A stretch of 62,587 nucleotides of DNA, filler included, from Choristocarpus tenellus KU-1152 (taxonomy: Eukaryota; Protista; Phaeophyceae): assembly GCA_964200185.2 (NCBI GenBank). It is 9 parts of 9 records of this genome, joined end to end, with 100 filler letters (N's around TTAATTAATTAA, not from the genome) between each part and the next. Parts side by side here need not be neighbours in the genome. Positions count along the whole stretch, not along the records: positions 1 to 23,031 come from CAXNAD020000269.1; 8 more parts are not named here. The stretch is one strand, 5' to 3'. Made by a program: the position numbers and the translations under genes. Position 1 is the stretch's first letter. Each line of letters begins with the position of its first letter. Under the pieces are notes generated by a model. The model had not been told where the DNA came from. It did not search any database and was given only the letters and a program-made list of their open reading frames with translations. Shown here piece by piece: positions 1 to 13,100 of this stretch.

Positions 1-26
1 CCGCCACAGAATCACACGATTCACAT

Positions 27-80
27 TGGCGACACCGGTGAGATTCGAACTCACGCGTGCAATGCACACGAACTTAGCAG
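27..80 (-). pseudogene. 3' half of tRNA-Ser(GCT) including encoded CCA; 5' half absent
   Basis: The minus strand reads CTGCTAA (anticodon loop) GTTCG T GTGC-ATT-GCAC GC (long variable arm) GTGAG TTCGAAT CTCAC (T arm) CGGTGTC G CCA. Sequence beyond position 80 does not supply the anticodon 5' strand, the D arm or a GACACCG acceptor strand. Confidence 0.85.
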
Positions 81-211
81 TTTTGAACTTTCTTGAGGTG
101 TTTTTAACCAAGGCAGTAACGCCGTTACAAGTGTTATGTACTCCTAATCGATGTTGTAGGTAATACACATCTCCCTTGATATACTCTACTTGGGTCAAAA
201 ATTGCACTGCG

Positions 212-3200
212 ATGGAAATTCAATACTTGGATGCGAGGTCGATAGACTACGAAGTGTTTGCAGGGTTCATGATTCGCAATGAACCGGTACGGATACTAGC
301 GGGATCCCCCAAACTTCACCCCCTATAGAAAATACTGTTGATGATCGTATCAACTTCTTCATTTTAAACACCACCCCACTTTCGCAGGTCATCCTTCAGA
401 ACTTTGAACAAATGCTGACTTCTTTCTCATCCTGGCAAAAAGGGGGTTGTGCTAACGTCGACTTTCTGCGAGGGGAATACGGGAACATGACCGTACCGGT
501 AACCAAAGACGCTCAACATGACAAGAGCGTTGCACGATGACCTCCATTAATGCAGTACATTCAGCAAACATCCTTTCCAAACCCTAACCTTCGTTTTTCT
601 TATTGCCATCTATTGCATCGTTCCTTGATCAAGGTAGGTCGTGGAATCTTCCAGTGGGACTTATGGGGAGCAGAAACAAACTTCAATGACTCTGGGTGAG
701 TGCATTCACTTGGATACTGACTCATCTCCGTTCCTCGGGTGTGGAGCGCATGTGCCCCTCTTAAATGATGTCTACAGCATGCTGAAGATTCACCATAGCC
801 CATATTTCGCACACCTTGACCAACCTCTTTTTCCCTAGAAAGAAGACTCGACCTGAGCCAAGCACCAGCAAACGCGACTACCACTGGGGCTACGCCGCCA
901 CAACGCTCACAACTCCCTTCTGCTTATGTCCCGCCCATGTTTAAGCTGATTATTTTGATATGATTGAAGCGGAAGCATTGGTAAAGGGGGAGAACATAGA
1001 GGTGGAGGGTGAGGCCAGAAACACTCCAGGAGACCATTCTTTCCTCGCCAAAAATGAAAGACCCCTGCCTTATCTCAAAGACTGGCACTTCCAGCGCATG
1101 TGCGGTATGGATCAAGCAAAGGCGAGGGATGAAGTTGAGGGTGAAAGGTTGACTGGTGCCACTGGTTCATGGACGCCCTCTCTCTTTGCAGACGACTGGC
1201 TTAATTGGTGGTGGGACAGGAAGGGTCATGACGACTATCGTTTTGTCTACATTGGACCTAGAGGTACATGGACGCCCCTGCATCATGATGTCCTCAACAG
1301 GTGTGGATAATCCTCAATCTGTGTCGTGTTGTTCAAATCTTACATGAGATCAGAGTGGAATTGAGATGATCTTTGCATGAGCAGTATTCTCCATTTGGAA
1401 AGGGGGTGTTGTGTCTATTGGACGAAACAGGTGGTGGGGAGAGTTTTTTTCCGGCAGGTAATATTTTGGTCATCACCCTAGTTTCTAATGGATGCCGCCC
1501 AAAATCTCTTAGCTAGAGAGTTGCAATGTCCTACTTGTGTTTTGTGTGTGATAGAGAAGAAAAGAATGCATAGGAGTGTTTTGGTGCATCCAGTAGTGGC
1601 CCAAAGTGATTCCAGTCACCTCTTTGTCCCTTCCTTGTTCTCTATTTTGCCCTGTAGCTACAGTTGGTCTGCAAATATTTGCGGGCGCAAGCACTGGACA
1701 TTATTTCCACCAGAAGAGACTCCAAAACTCTATGATAGGTGAGAACATTGTATTCAGGGACCCCTTTTATGCAATGAGGTATTTTTTGAACAAACTTAAT
1801 GGATTGAAAAAAGCTTACGATTATATCACTTGCGATCCGATCGTGTACAAAGAAGCTCAAGGCAGGGCAAGAGAACAGCTGGTGAGGGTCCCTCTACGAA
1901 ACGTATGTGTGAAAGTCATCCTCCATCACCCTTTTTGACTCAAACCTCTCTGTAGAACACATATCTTGCAAGCATTTGCTGTTGTTGGTAATCGCTGGAC
2001 GTTGTATGTGTCCCTGCATCTGCCCGGGCTGATTTCATGGTACCCTTCACCCCTGACTTGTTGAAAGTGATACCCATCATAAACTCCGAACAGAGGCCAT
2101 ACATTGGTGAGTAAGGGAAAGATTATGTTTCTCTAACCTGTGACCTATATTACCATTGATGGGTCACAGTTTGTCTCACACGTCTTGATTGGTCCAGTAA
2201 GCCCCATTCCATCACCACTTCTACCACACTGCCAGTGAGATCCTCCACATATATCATCATTCTGTCTGAATGCTTGACACAGTCCAGAGGAAGAGCGATG
2301 ACCTGAGGGGTCGGTCCAACCATCAGTGGTGATTGACACATTCTTGGCAGCAACCATCTCAATGACTTAGTAGGGAGATTTTCTTCAACTCTCCTCACCA
2401 TATTGAGGAGTTGATATCGATTGAGTAGTTGCACCCTTTATTGCCAATTGCATAGAGAACGTATTTGAAATCGATACTCTCCTCAACCTGAGGATGGGAC
2501 AGGAAAGGTTGAGGGTTGTCGAGGCATTGGTTGATTGTGATGAGCAAGATGTAACAGAATAGGATATGAGACCATTTTTCTGAGAGTAGTAGACAGGTCG
2601 TGATGATATACAGGTAGAAAAAATTGCTCACACTGGTGCTAACCCTGAAAAAGTCCATATACCTCTCACTGCATGGCTCCGACCTCTTATTTGTCTTCTC
2701 ACCCTCCTCCAAATCACAAAGGGGCCTTCTGTGCCCAGGTTTGGGAGTCTGAAGGTGACATCTTGGATTGTTTCTTCACTTTGAATCACCTGATTTGATC
2801 TTGAACCTCAATAGGCTTTTTTGAAATAGATCGAGCACATGCTTGATAGGACATTCTCTCCCTTATGTAATCTTTAAAATTAAGAACGCAAGGTATTGGC
2901 CTTTGATCCATTGGGCTTCACAGTCGTCCGCTCTGTATTGTATTTTACTCTCTTCTGCTTACCGGGAAGATCAACCTTCTACACGTCAACCTCTGTTGTT
3001 TCTTGCTCATTTTCATCCCACCCTTCAACTTCCTTATCATCATCCTCTGTGTACTGGAGGGCATGTCCAGTGCCTGGCCTTGCATCATAGTTACAATCCA
3101 TGTCCTCATTTCTGCTGTCCTTGGAGTAGCAGGTGCACTCTGGGTCATGGACTCAGAAAAGATTGTTGTGCATGCTTTTGTGGGTGAAAGAGGCCCTATA

Positions 3201-5124
3201 CCCGCTATACACTCCAATGTATAGATACACTATAGACTTCAGCCCATCAAATTTCAATATCGACTTTTTGAGTCCAATCACTATTGTTCACTACATTATG
3301 TCCTGCATATTCACCAGAGAGTGAACTGTGAGTTGGAAGGAGCCTTTTCGTGTAGGAACACTGCCTGATTGTTGTTGGTCAAGATAATGTTCTAGTGTTA
3401 CATCTCCAAAATTGATTCAGTGGGCTATCTATCATGATACCTTTTGTTCAATGTGATAAGCATTCAATAAGGAGTTTGTACAAATACTTCATATTTTTCT
3501 TTCTGATACACCTGGAAAAGTTGACATAAAATGTTTCAGTGCATGGAACAAAACACTCACTCATATATCTCTTTCTTGTATCTGATTTTGAATCTGGAAG
3601 TGCTTTTTGAGAATTATTTCTGGTGTTATTATTGTAGCAATTTGAAGTCGACAATATTTCAAATATCAGATCATTTGGAGGGATTGATGGTTGTGATGTG
3701 AGGGCCGAGGGTGCTATTTAATCAACTGACATCTTACAAAAACATTCGAAGAATGTAAAGTGGAAGATTGCGCAAGGTCATTTCAAAATCATTAGTTTTT
3801 TTTTATTGACTCGTGTCAATTTTATCAAAATGTAAGCATGGATAAAATTTTCAATACTCTGGAAACACTCTAGTACCCCTTGAAGATGCACAATGTGTTC
3901 TTATCTACTCTCCTCCCCTTGCCTGCCTACTTTCTCTTGTGCGTACTTGGGTACTCAGGCATGGGCAGAATTTGGTGCCAGACATCCGGGAGGGTGGGGC
4001 AAGGGAAAGTGACTTTCCACACCTGTCGGAGGCGGTTAGGGTGGAGGTTGTGCAAGAAGCAGGAGAAGCGATTTTTGTTCCATCTGGATGGCACCACCAG
4101 GCAAGATCCAGTCTTTCCGCTGCAGTATTTTTGTTTTAAATTGATGTTTTCCCTCTTGCCTGCCCCAGTGTCCTATGCTCTCCATCTGATGGCTTGCACA
4201 GTGAACTCACTCTGCTTGACAGCCCAGGTATTGCAGTTATTGTTAAGTGGGTCTGCAGTAATAGCACCTGTATCGTACCTACCTCCAATATTGTAGTTAC
4301 ATCACCATCCCTCTACCTCCATGTGCTCTACTCCTCTCTGGTAGTAAAGACACATTTCAGCACCACCTGTCCTCGTTTTTTGTCATGTAGTTCGGATTAC
4401 CAGTAGAACCCATCCCAAACATGGTGTCACTACATGTTGGGTGCATGCAAAGGTGGTCAATCTGGGCAGTGGAGAGAGAGGAGATTCGCTCACCTTATCT
4501 GTGAACACAAACTGGTTCAATGGCTTCAACATTGGCAGAGTAAGCAAATTCCTGAGGTCGGAACTCAACGCAGTACACAAGGCAATTGAGCATCTGAGAG
4601 AAGACATGTCTCATGATGGCGATGGCAGAGACTGGGAACGACAATGTGAACTAATCATGCGTGCCAACAGTGCGCTCAATCTGACTGACTTTGCTGGCCT
4701 TGTGTGTGAGAGGGTGAGGCACATTATGACGTATTCCTGTAACCAGGATGTTTCTCTTCCATCACAAGCAGATCAAGAAGGTCAGCAGTCGGAGTTACTC
4801 TACTCTGTTAATAAGTGCAATGGTGATTTTTCGTCTGAGATGGATTCTGTCACAAGGCGAAACGACTCTAGGATTTGCGAGGGATTGGGAAAGTGGGAGG
4901 AAGGAGTATGGGAGTTGAGATGGAGGCTGCACGCTCTGGAACAGGCTGCAGTTGTGCTACAAGAGCTATCCACAAAACCAAGCATAGATCACATCTTCCT
5001 TGGAGAAGGTAAAGCCCCAAGGGGCAGTATTGATGATACACATGATACAGGGGAGACAGGTGTCTGGAGAGTAGCTGAGGCACTGATAAAGGTCAAAGCA
5101 TTTTTGAGGAGACATGGACGATGA
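212..5124 (+). CDS. JMJD4: JmjC-domain 2-oxoglutarate/Fe(II) oxygenase, JMJD4-like (eRF1 lysyl hydroxylase family); 7 exons
   Basis: Exons 212-286, 388-498, 638-695, 946-1300, 1658-1738, 3959-4100 and 4453-5124 join in frame. Motifs: YLKDWH, DDWLN, DYRFVYIGPRGTWTPLHHDV (HxD), SYSWSANICGRKHW, QEAGEAIFVPSGWHHQVVN, SVNTNWFNGFN. Intron 6 is GC-AG. Confidence 0.88.
2100..2720 (-). mobile_element. Decayed hAT-superfamily transposase fragment in JMJD4 intron 5
   Basis: Frameshifted minus-strand segments VEESIDFKYVL... and KNVSITTDGWTDPSG match the hAT 'VE..F' region and the first catalytic Asp motif (sltTDgWT). Boundaries are approximate and no TIR/TSD was resolved. Confidence 0.6.
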
Positions 5125-6119
5125 TGAGAGTATACACTGAATATTTTTATCCTACCACTAATTTTAGTACAAATAGAGAACTGCTCAACTTAGAAGATAG
5201 AATGTGTGTGTGTTTGTGATGTGTAACTGCAGCTGATGAAATTGTTGTACTTAATACCTATAACATACTTTCAGGCTTCTACCACCTGCACAGAGGAGTG
5301 CCTCAGTAAATTGAAAAAACTACCAGCAACAACACACCCTTCCAGTCCCCCAGGGTCTTCCAGACAAGAGTGCAAAATGTAGCTATTTTTGTACCGTAAC
5401 ATGCCCAGTTGGGAGGGGGAGGAAAAAGACTAGACACGTGACCTGACTTGGAACAAAAGTCTCATTAGCGGTAAGTAAGATAGTACATGAAGACAAAAGT
5501 TCCACATTTATATTATTGTTTCATGAACTAACTTTACTGCCAATCTTATGAAACAGTTCTGTAAAACTGAATATGGACACTGGCATCGTGATACAAAAAA
5601 CATGTGGGCACACAAACACCCATAAAATTCTTCTCTAGCTATGCAGGGATGTCTCACTTGAGATAATACATGTTATGGTGAAACAAAACAATCTACAAAA
5701 ATATGACAAACTGGACTCCATGCACAAAAGTGATTGAGTTGTAAACAACAATTGATATATGACGACCATCAAATACAAAGCAGAATAGTCAAGGTCATAC
5801 ATCAAGGCTTGCAATTGTTTATAGTACTATATGCACCTATACAAATACTTCAAAAATGGTGAGCAAAATCCAATTCATAAAGCACCGCCATCATACATAG
5901 TTCTCAGCCTATACACCTTGCTAAGCTATAATTGAGATCCATTATGTATTTCCATCCCACCCCCTCATCCCCAATACCTGAAACGCACAAGCCTTATCCA
6001 GCCCCCCCCCCCCNNNNNNNNNNGCTACCAAGTTTTTGGGGGGCCTGGGGTTCAGCGTGGTCCTTCCCCTCCCCCCTATCCCCCCCCCCCCCCCCCCCCC
6101 CCTCCACCCTGCTCAGCCA

Positions 6120-9100
6120 TCAATCATAAACAGACTTGTATTCAGAAATAGTGTATCCTCCAGCCTTATCGTACTCTGACTCATATTCACCAAAGTTGTA
6201 CCCACCAGACTTAAACTCTTCACCCTCCTCAGCCTGGTCTTTACCCTCCTCCTTCCCACCACCCTTGACTATTGCCTCCTCCACCTTAGTTCGCCACATT
6301 GTGCCCTCCTCCTCCCCTCCTTCCATCAAGGCAGATGTAGCACCAGTGACAGCGGCTCCCTCCAGGCGGTTGCCGGTGTGTAAGGGCATAGCAAGGCCCT
6401 CTACATTTCGGCGAGCAGCCACTAATTGGGCCACTTCAAGCGCACGTTTTTCTTCCCTCTCGCGTTCCTTTGCCTCTGAAATTCCCATCCTTTTTAAAGG
6501 ACCATCGTTGTTATAATTTCAGGATAGTGGTGGAGTACATGTTGGGAACGTTTCTTGAACGTTTCTTATGGCGGTGTTGTGTGCAAAAGTGGTCAGGTTG
6601 TAATTCTATCGATGCTAGAATTCATTTTTGAAAAAGCTGATCTAGAAAACTGATGAAAACTCTTCACTTAGATGCCATTGGAAGGTCAGCTTGGTTTCTA
6701 TTAAAACGAATTCATATATCTCTGTTTCGAGCCTGATTATTGAAACATGAAACTAAATCTAATAGGGCACCTTTTCCTGGTTTCCGAGGAGTAACGCATC
6801 CTCTCAACTCAGAGGTGAGCCAAAGTATCTTAGAGGGTAGAGCCGCGTCCATTTCGGGTCAAATTCCAACGTTCCGATTTTGATGTAATTTTGACTATCA
6901 TGTTTTTGAGGAAGTGTCAATATCCTTGTTCCAGACACACCTTTTCATAACGTGCAAATTTTACATACTCCGAAACATATCGGAGTAGGAAAAAATCATA
7001 AAACACCTGTGGGAACCCAAGTCCCAAATGGACAAACAGGGCAAAAATCGTACCCTCTAAGATACTTTCACTCAGGTGCAAAACGTTTCACCCCAAAAAC
7101 AGTTCTGCCAGTCGGGGGGGGGTCACTTCATAGCAAACTGCATTCACAACATTTCGAACTTCAAGGGATATCATACGAGTTTTGCATCATGCTTTCAAGA
7201 CTTTGCCACAAATAAACTGCCGTGCATGTTTTGACTTTTTCTGAAATATATGTCATGTTCTAAACATCAACCACAGTATCATTGCAAAGCTCAGGTCATG
7301 TCAAATCAGTGTGAACTCGTTTCTAGAGGACTCCTTTCAACATCGCACCTCAAGATGTTTCAATTTCACGTTCCCATAATCATTTATTGGATATCCGAAC
7401 TGGAATCCTCATCCTTAGGCATCCAAGGTGGGTTTTTTTTCATCTTTTAATCCTCGGTAATTGTAGCAAAATACTTACTCAACACCCAACTGCTGCACAG
7501 GGTCGGTCATATAGGGTACTCCTGAACAGGGCTCAGGGGTTAGGAATCCTGGTTAAAATGCACAATAAGTGGAACAACACACTATACAGAGGTACCCTTC
7601 AAAGGCACTGCCCCAGATCAATACTGCACAAGAATATTCAAGCAATGTTGAGGAACATAAGTTTCTGCGAGCTGGAATATATATTATGTGTATGTATGGC
7701 CTTTCACTTGCCCTAACATTGCACAAGCCTCTGTCAACAACTACTGTATTACTCTCATTTCTAATCACATCTTTGGTATCTAAAACAGTAATAAATCTCT
7801 AAGGTACCTCAAAAGCACATGCATCGATCTACTCCATTACCAAAAAAAATACCCACTAAAAAAAAAGTGATCTTTATCATCCGAGGGTATTACATGATGA
7901 TACTAGAACCTTAGTATCTTAAAAGGGGGGGGGGAGTGTTTAGCCCAGATTGTCCAATCGGGGCTTGATGGAGCGTTGTAAGATACTCCAATTTTATGAC
8001 TGTGTGTGGATAGTTTTCCTTTGGATTTGGTTCAGGCAGGGGAATGGAAAAGGAAGGTGCATTGAGATGAAGGAAATTGTCCTTACACCCGACACGCTCA
8101 CTCAGATGACATGAAAATCACTACAGGTTCACACAAATCTGGGGTGGACACCTGACCTTCCCCTCTAGGATACTATGGGTCACCACCAAAGCAATGGTGG
8201 CACCCTGTCTACTGCTTATTTTATATATCTGCATGAATTTCACTCAGTGCATGGAAAGTGGATCCATACGTATCAAGAGAGGAAGACGTACCTAATGGAC
8301 CTTTTCTCTTCTCCAGTCTCAATAATACCACGAACCTCGGCTCCCTGGCGGAGGGCACCTAAATCAAGTCCCTCATATGGACGAAGCACACCTTCCATCT
8401 CTTCAACATGTCCAAGATTATCACTCGGCGTACTTCGGCGTTCTGTGCCATTCAGTCAATTAAATTGGGTAGAGTATTCCAGGAAAGGAAGTGGGGAGGA
8501 CAAATCACGCAAATATTTGTGTCAGCAAATTGTAAAAACAATGGGGCAGTGGACGTATCCATCAGCAGTACTATTGTTTCTTGATGATGAGAAGACGAGA
8601 GGATATATCCATTGCTGAACTGCATAAAGCCGTGACTCCAAAGGACCGTTTCAACCTTAGAGTCCATTGCAGGGCAGACCTAGAGGATCCATGTGTACTA
8701 CTCCCCCTTCTTGCGCATGTTGGTGTTGATGGGAAAAAACAGTTAGGAAGAAGATGAGCCCCAAAAATTTGTAATAAAAAAGGTTGTTTTGGGCACACCG
8801 TTTCCAATATGGCTACAAGTATAATTTTTCTTAACTCTTCAAGACTTACTCTTACGTTACCCTCAGAACTGGTACAGGACACCTTGGTCACCTAGCGACT
8901 CGCCTGATCTCGCCATGTCCGCCACCTCGATCGGACGGCCGACGACGAATGCGTGGGTGGTAGGCAATTCGCTCTGAATGAAATTAGATGGGGTCCGCGT
9001 CTCTGAAGACGGCAGTGAGGGGTAAACCATTCCTGCGGATCCCACCTGCTAAACCATGTGTACACGGAGGAAAGAGCAAAGTATATTAGTATTACTTCGG

Positions 9101-9669
9101 TAGAATAACCTAAGTCAAATATTCAAATCTCGTTGTTCATGCACAGAGTGAAAGCGACTGATATTGTATCATAGTGAGGAAGCCGGAAGAATATCGTTCA
9201 TCACTCGTCACCTATAAGCCATACCCAACACAGCACATCCCATCGTACCTCGACCTGATCGCTGTAGTTTGGATACAGTGCCCCATAGTCTGGAGGCGTT
9301 TGCTGGTTCAAAGTGATCGGAAAAAATGGGGCCAGCACGGGAAGTAAAGAAATATCAAGTAGATTTTGACAAAGTGAACTGTGCTTGGAAAGTGCTTGTC
9401 TTTTGGCAGTACTATATTGTTGTACTTCAATAAAGCATTGCAAAATAAACACCCCACGAACGACGAACACTGTTTGCTGAGCGATCCTCCCTTACCACTG
9501 GATGAAGCTCCACTCCATCAACAGCAACGGCATCTGCATCAATGTGAACGCCAGACACAGGTGTGGTTGGAGTAGTATCATCAGGGGCAATCAATGGCGT
9601 TGTCATACTTTCCTCCTCGTGCACCCACTCGTCTCTAGTTTGAGAATCGGCGGACAACATGGCCATCAT
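6120..9669 (-). CDS. Protein of unknown function, acidic/low complexity; 5 exons
   Basis: Exons 9669-9496, 9302-9249, 9045-8892, 8442-8292 and 6489-6120 have compatible phases and GT..AG ends. The protein ends ...SGGYNFGEYESEYDKAGGYTISEYKSVYD*. No family recognised. Confidence 0.65.
6817..7073 (+). mobile_element. MITE family A (GAG...CTC termini, 4-bp TSD AGGT), Sola2-like
   Basis: TIRs GAGCCAAAGTATCTTAGAGGGTA / TACCCTCTAAGATACTTTCACTC, with AGGT on both flanks. Lies in an intron of the unknown gene. Confidence 0.9.
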
Positions 9670-10131
9670 TTCAGCACCTGCTGCTTTTCCTTTCCTGTTC
9701 CGTTGTTCACTTCCTACTTCATGTACTGATGTGAAGTTTGAAGTGGAAGTCTAAAGTGTGAGTGTGCATTACTCCTACAAACAAAAACCAACATAACCAA
9801 AAAATCGAAAAATCGAAAAATCAAATGAAGGTATCGATCGACTGGTGAACGGGCGGATGGACGGACTGTAGGGAAGAGATATGTTGAAAGCATTGGGATG
9901 GATGTGGCTTTCATTGGGGTTTGATTCTAAAAGGTGGCGGCCTTTTGGATGGTGAATGAAAGTTTATACTCGACCAGTTCGTGACGGCAAACGCGTCAGT
10001 CTGGTAGACGAAGGGGTCGGGATCTTTTTTTGATTTGTGTTGGTCAGTCCTGGCCCGCCTACGAGAATACCTGCTTCACGGGGCTGAGTTGGAGGTTTGG
10101 GCGGGGTGGACTGGAGGGATTGGGGTTTGAC

Positions 10132-13100
10132 ATGGAGGGTGACGATCACGATGGGATGGACTTTGGAACTCAACAGATTCAGATGGATCAATTGTTGAGA
10201 GATGAGCCTCTGGAGACAGAAGAGGGAGTAACGACAGAAGGAGAGGAGAGGGTGCCACCAGCGGCTGCTGCATCCAATGGTCGAGTTAACAGCAAAGGCG
10301 AAGGTGTTGTGAAGACCTCGATTATTTTAATAGTAGAATACAGAGGTTATTTCAACCTGGGATCTCATCTATTGGCATGGTTAACTGCAAGATACGTTGC
10401 ATTGTCTCCTTCATCTGTTCGCCTGGTTTTTCAACCAAATGATCCATCCCACGCTCATAAGCCTGCTTTTAAGTGAACCGGTGCACTTATCTCTGAGCGC
10501 TCCGGTGCGTATACATTATCAGGTGTCGTCTGCTATGCGTCAATCCTGCCTGTTACTTGACTCGCGAAAGCTATCCCGCATATGTTACACCAGCCTCGTA
10601 ATTTTGCCATGTGTCGTCGACAGAACGTCCTGTCCCCGAGTGCACGGTGAAAATGCTCATCACCAACACTATGGCAGGGAGCTTGATTGGAAAAGGGGGT
10701 GCAACCATTCAAGAGGTCAGTCATGCTTCGTGCCCGTAAGTACCAGAGACCCCCTTATCCTGTTCAACCTACGTGAGGTTCTCTTACACATGGGTGGCCT
10801 TTTTTTCGTAAGGCTCTTTTGTCAGTACAATATCATCATGCTACGAAGTCGTTTTAGGTCTGCTGCAAGTAAGGTGAATGTTCTTGTTGGGATGGTGCTA
10901 GTCCTTTTCTGGTTGTGTCGATGATGTACTTCCTCATTGACAATCTTGTACCAGTGGCCTATAATCAGTGACCGCCATTGTTCACAACTCACGATTACCA
11001 AACCCCCATTCTTGCCTTACATTGTAGCCTATTGACCTTGCCCTCTGTGTTCAAAGGCATGATCGATACCACTGCAGACCTTCATCCTTTCCACCCCCAC
11101 CAACCTGTCATATCTGTTTACAGCTTTTGATCTGCAGAACCCCATCTCACTCAAATCCTTTCCCATCCCTCATGCCTTCATGCACTTGATTTCAGATCCA
11201 GGGTCAGAGTTCAGCCATGGTACGGGTATCAACCAGCGGGATGTATTTCCCGGGTACTCAAGATAGGGTTGTCCTGGTGGCTGGAGACACCAAGGCAGTG
11301 AAGGCAAGTTTATGTGCTTCATTTAGAAGCAAATGTTGCATGATCTGTCTATTGTAAGATATTGGTGAAATGAGAGATATTTTGGGTTAAAGCTCTCTCA
11401 ATGTGTTAATTCCTTGCCTAGTAGCAGTAAGGCTCTCAACTTCCTTCAGGCAGCAGCTTCATACTGTGCACCAGTATGTACTTGCAGGTTCTTTGCTTGA
11501 TTTAGCATGTTTTGTTCATATCTTTTGACACTATCTGTGGAGTGTTTTTTAATACACATTCTACTGAAAAAAAGAGAGACGCTTGACACAAGAAGTTAAA
11601 ACCAGGGTATTGTGAAATGATGTGATTCATAACACAATGAAGCAATGGGGTATTTCTCTAGGCAAGGGTATTTGCATTTCATGGGTGACTTGAGCGTGGT
11701 TGTGACCCTCCTCAGAAGGGGAGGGGGGTGGGGGGTGGTATTTGTTATAGATGATGGTGGTAAGTATAAGGCATCGTCTGGTGTCCCTTGTGTATAATTC
11801 ATGTGTGAGATCTTTTTTGTTTTTATTTTGTGTGGTAATTTTTTTTTGACAAGGTACATGTCCTCAATCACAGCAGAAAAGGAGCCAGTTAGACCCATAT
11901 CCTGCCAGGCAATAAACTGTCATTGAGCCCTTTGGTCCATAGGCCCTGCCATCCTCCCCTAGCCACACCAGCACCTGTTCCTTGGGAAGTACATTGGTAT
12001 CACTCACTTGTGGATGGCGCATGTGGGAACAGTCATTAGTTAGTTGCAAATGGTAGAGGGCAGCGTAATGCAGGGAAATATCCTTGAATTTTCTACTGTG
12101 CCGACAAATGTGCCCACTTTGGTACTTCAGGTGTTGGAGGATACAACAATACAACTGAGCAGTAGGAGAATTTACAGTGCTTGCACTAGATTTACTGTGT
12201 TGGAACAAGACTACTTTAAACAGAGAGCGGTGTGGGTCTAGGTTTTGAGAGGGATTGTGGTGGTGGGGTGTGTGACATATCTACTTTTTTGGTGCTATTA
12301 TCAATCCCAATAAATGTTACTGTGATACACTACAGAAGACATCTCCTCAGAGTAGTGAAGGTATCATGCCTTCAATGTGTTTGTAAACACCATTTCATCC
12401 AATCCTCTCTCCTGTAACCTGACACACTGACCCTTTCTCCCCCTCTTACTCTTATCCATCGGATTGTATCTGCAGATGGCATGTGCACTGATCCTACACA
12501 CTGTGCACCAGGTGGACAGGGACAAGGATGTTGATGCTCCTGCCCCCTTGGAGTTGGGAGAAGATACTACGCTGGAGATCACACAGGTGTTAAACTGTTG
12601 AAAGAGTAGCGTTGCTGGGCTGTGGATGAGCCAAGTGCTTGCATGGTACAGGGCACACGATTTTGGAGGAAGTTACAACAAATGATATATAATAGAATGG
12701 CATGTGGACTTCAACTGCGTTGGACAACATGCTGAACCTGGTCTTGTAGTGATCCCTGGGGGGCTGGGGGGAGTAGGGGGGTAGAATGTGATGTTTAAGA
12801 CTTGGAAATGTCATATATTAATATCGATACACTTTGTACTTTAGGTCAGACATGCATCACAAGCTACAATATCTAGAATAGATTAGGGTACGTGTACCTT
12901 CATTTTCGGGAAAACTCCACCCTGCCGTACTCCAGCATAGGCCAGTAGATGTCTTTTTGAGTTTTTTTGACAACAATGCTCTACGTACTACAATTTTTTT
13001 TATTCCTTTCAACTTGCGGTTGGCAAAACTGCCCCTGCCCTTCCAGCATATGATGCATGAAGGACCTTGAGTAGTGTTGCTGGGCTGCCCTGTTTCAACA

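Noticed and set aside
27-80. tRNA half as the att site of an integrated virus lying within this window
   Set aside because: The orientation would place the element to the right, but that side holds intron-rich host genes with no integrase or viral genes and no matching intact tRNA.
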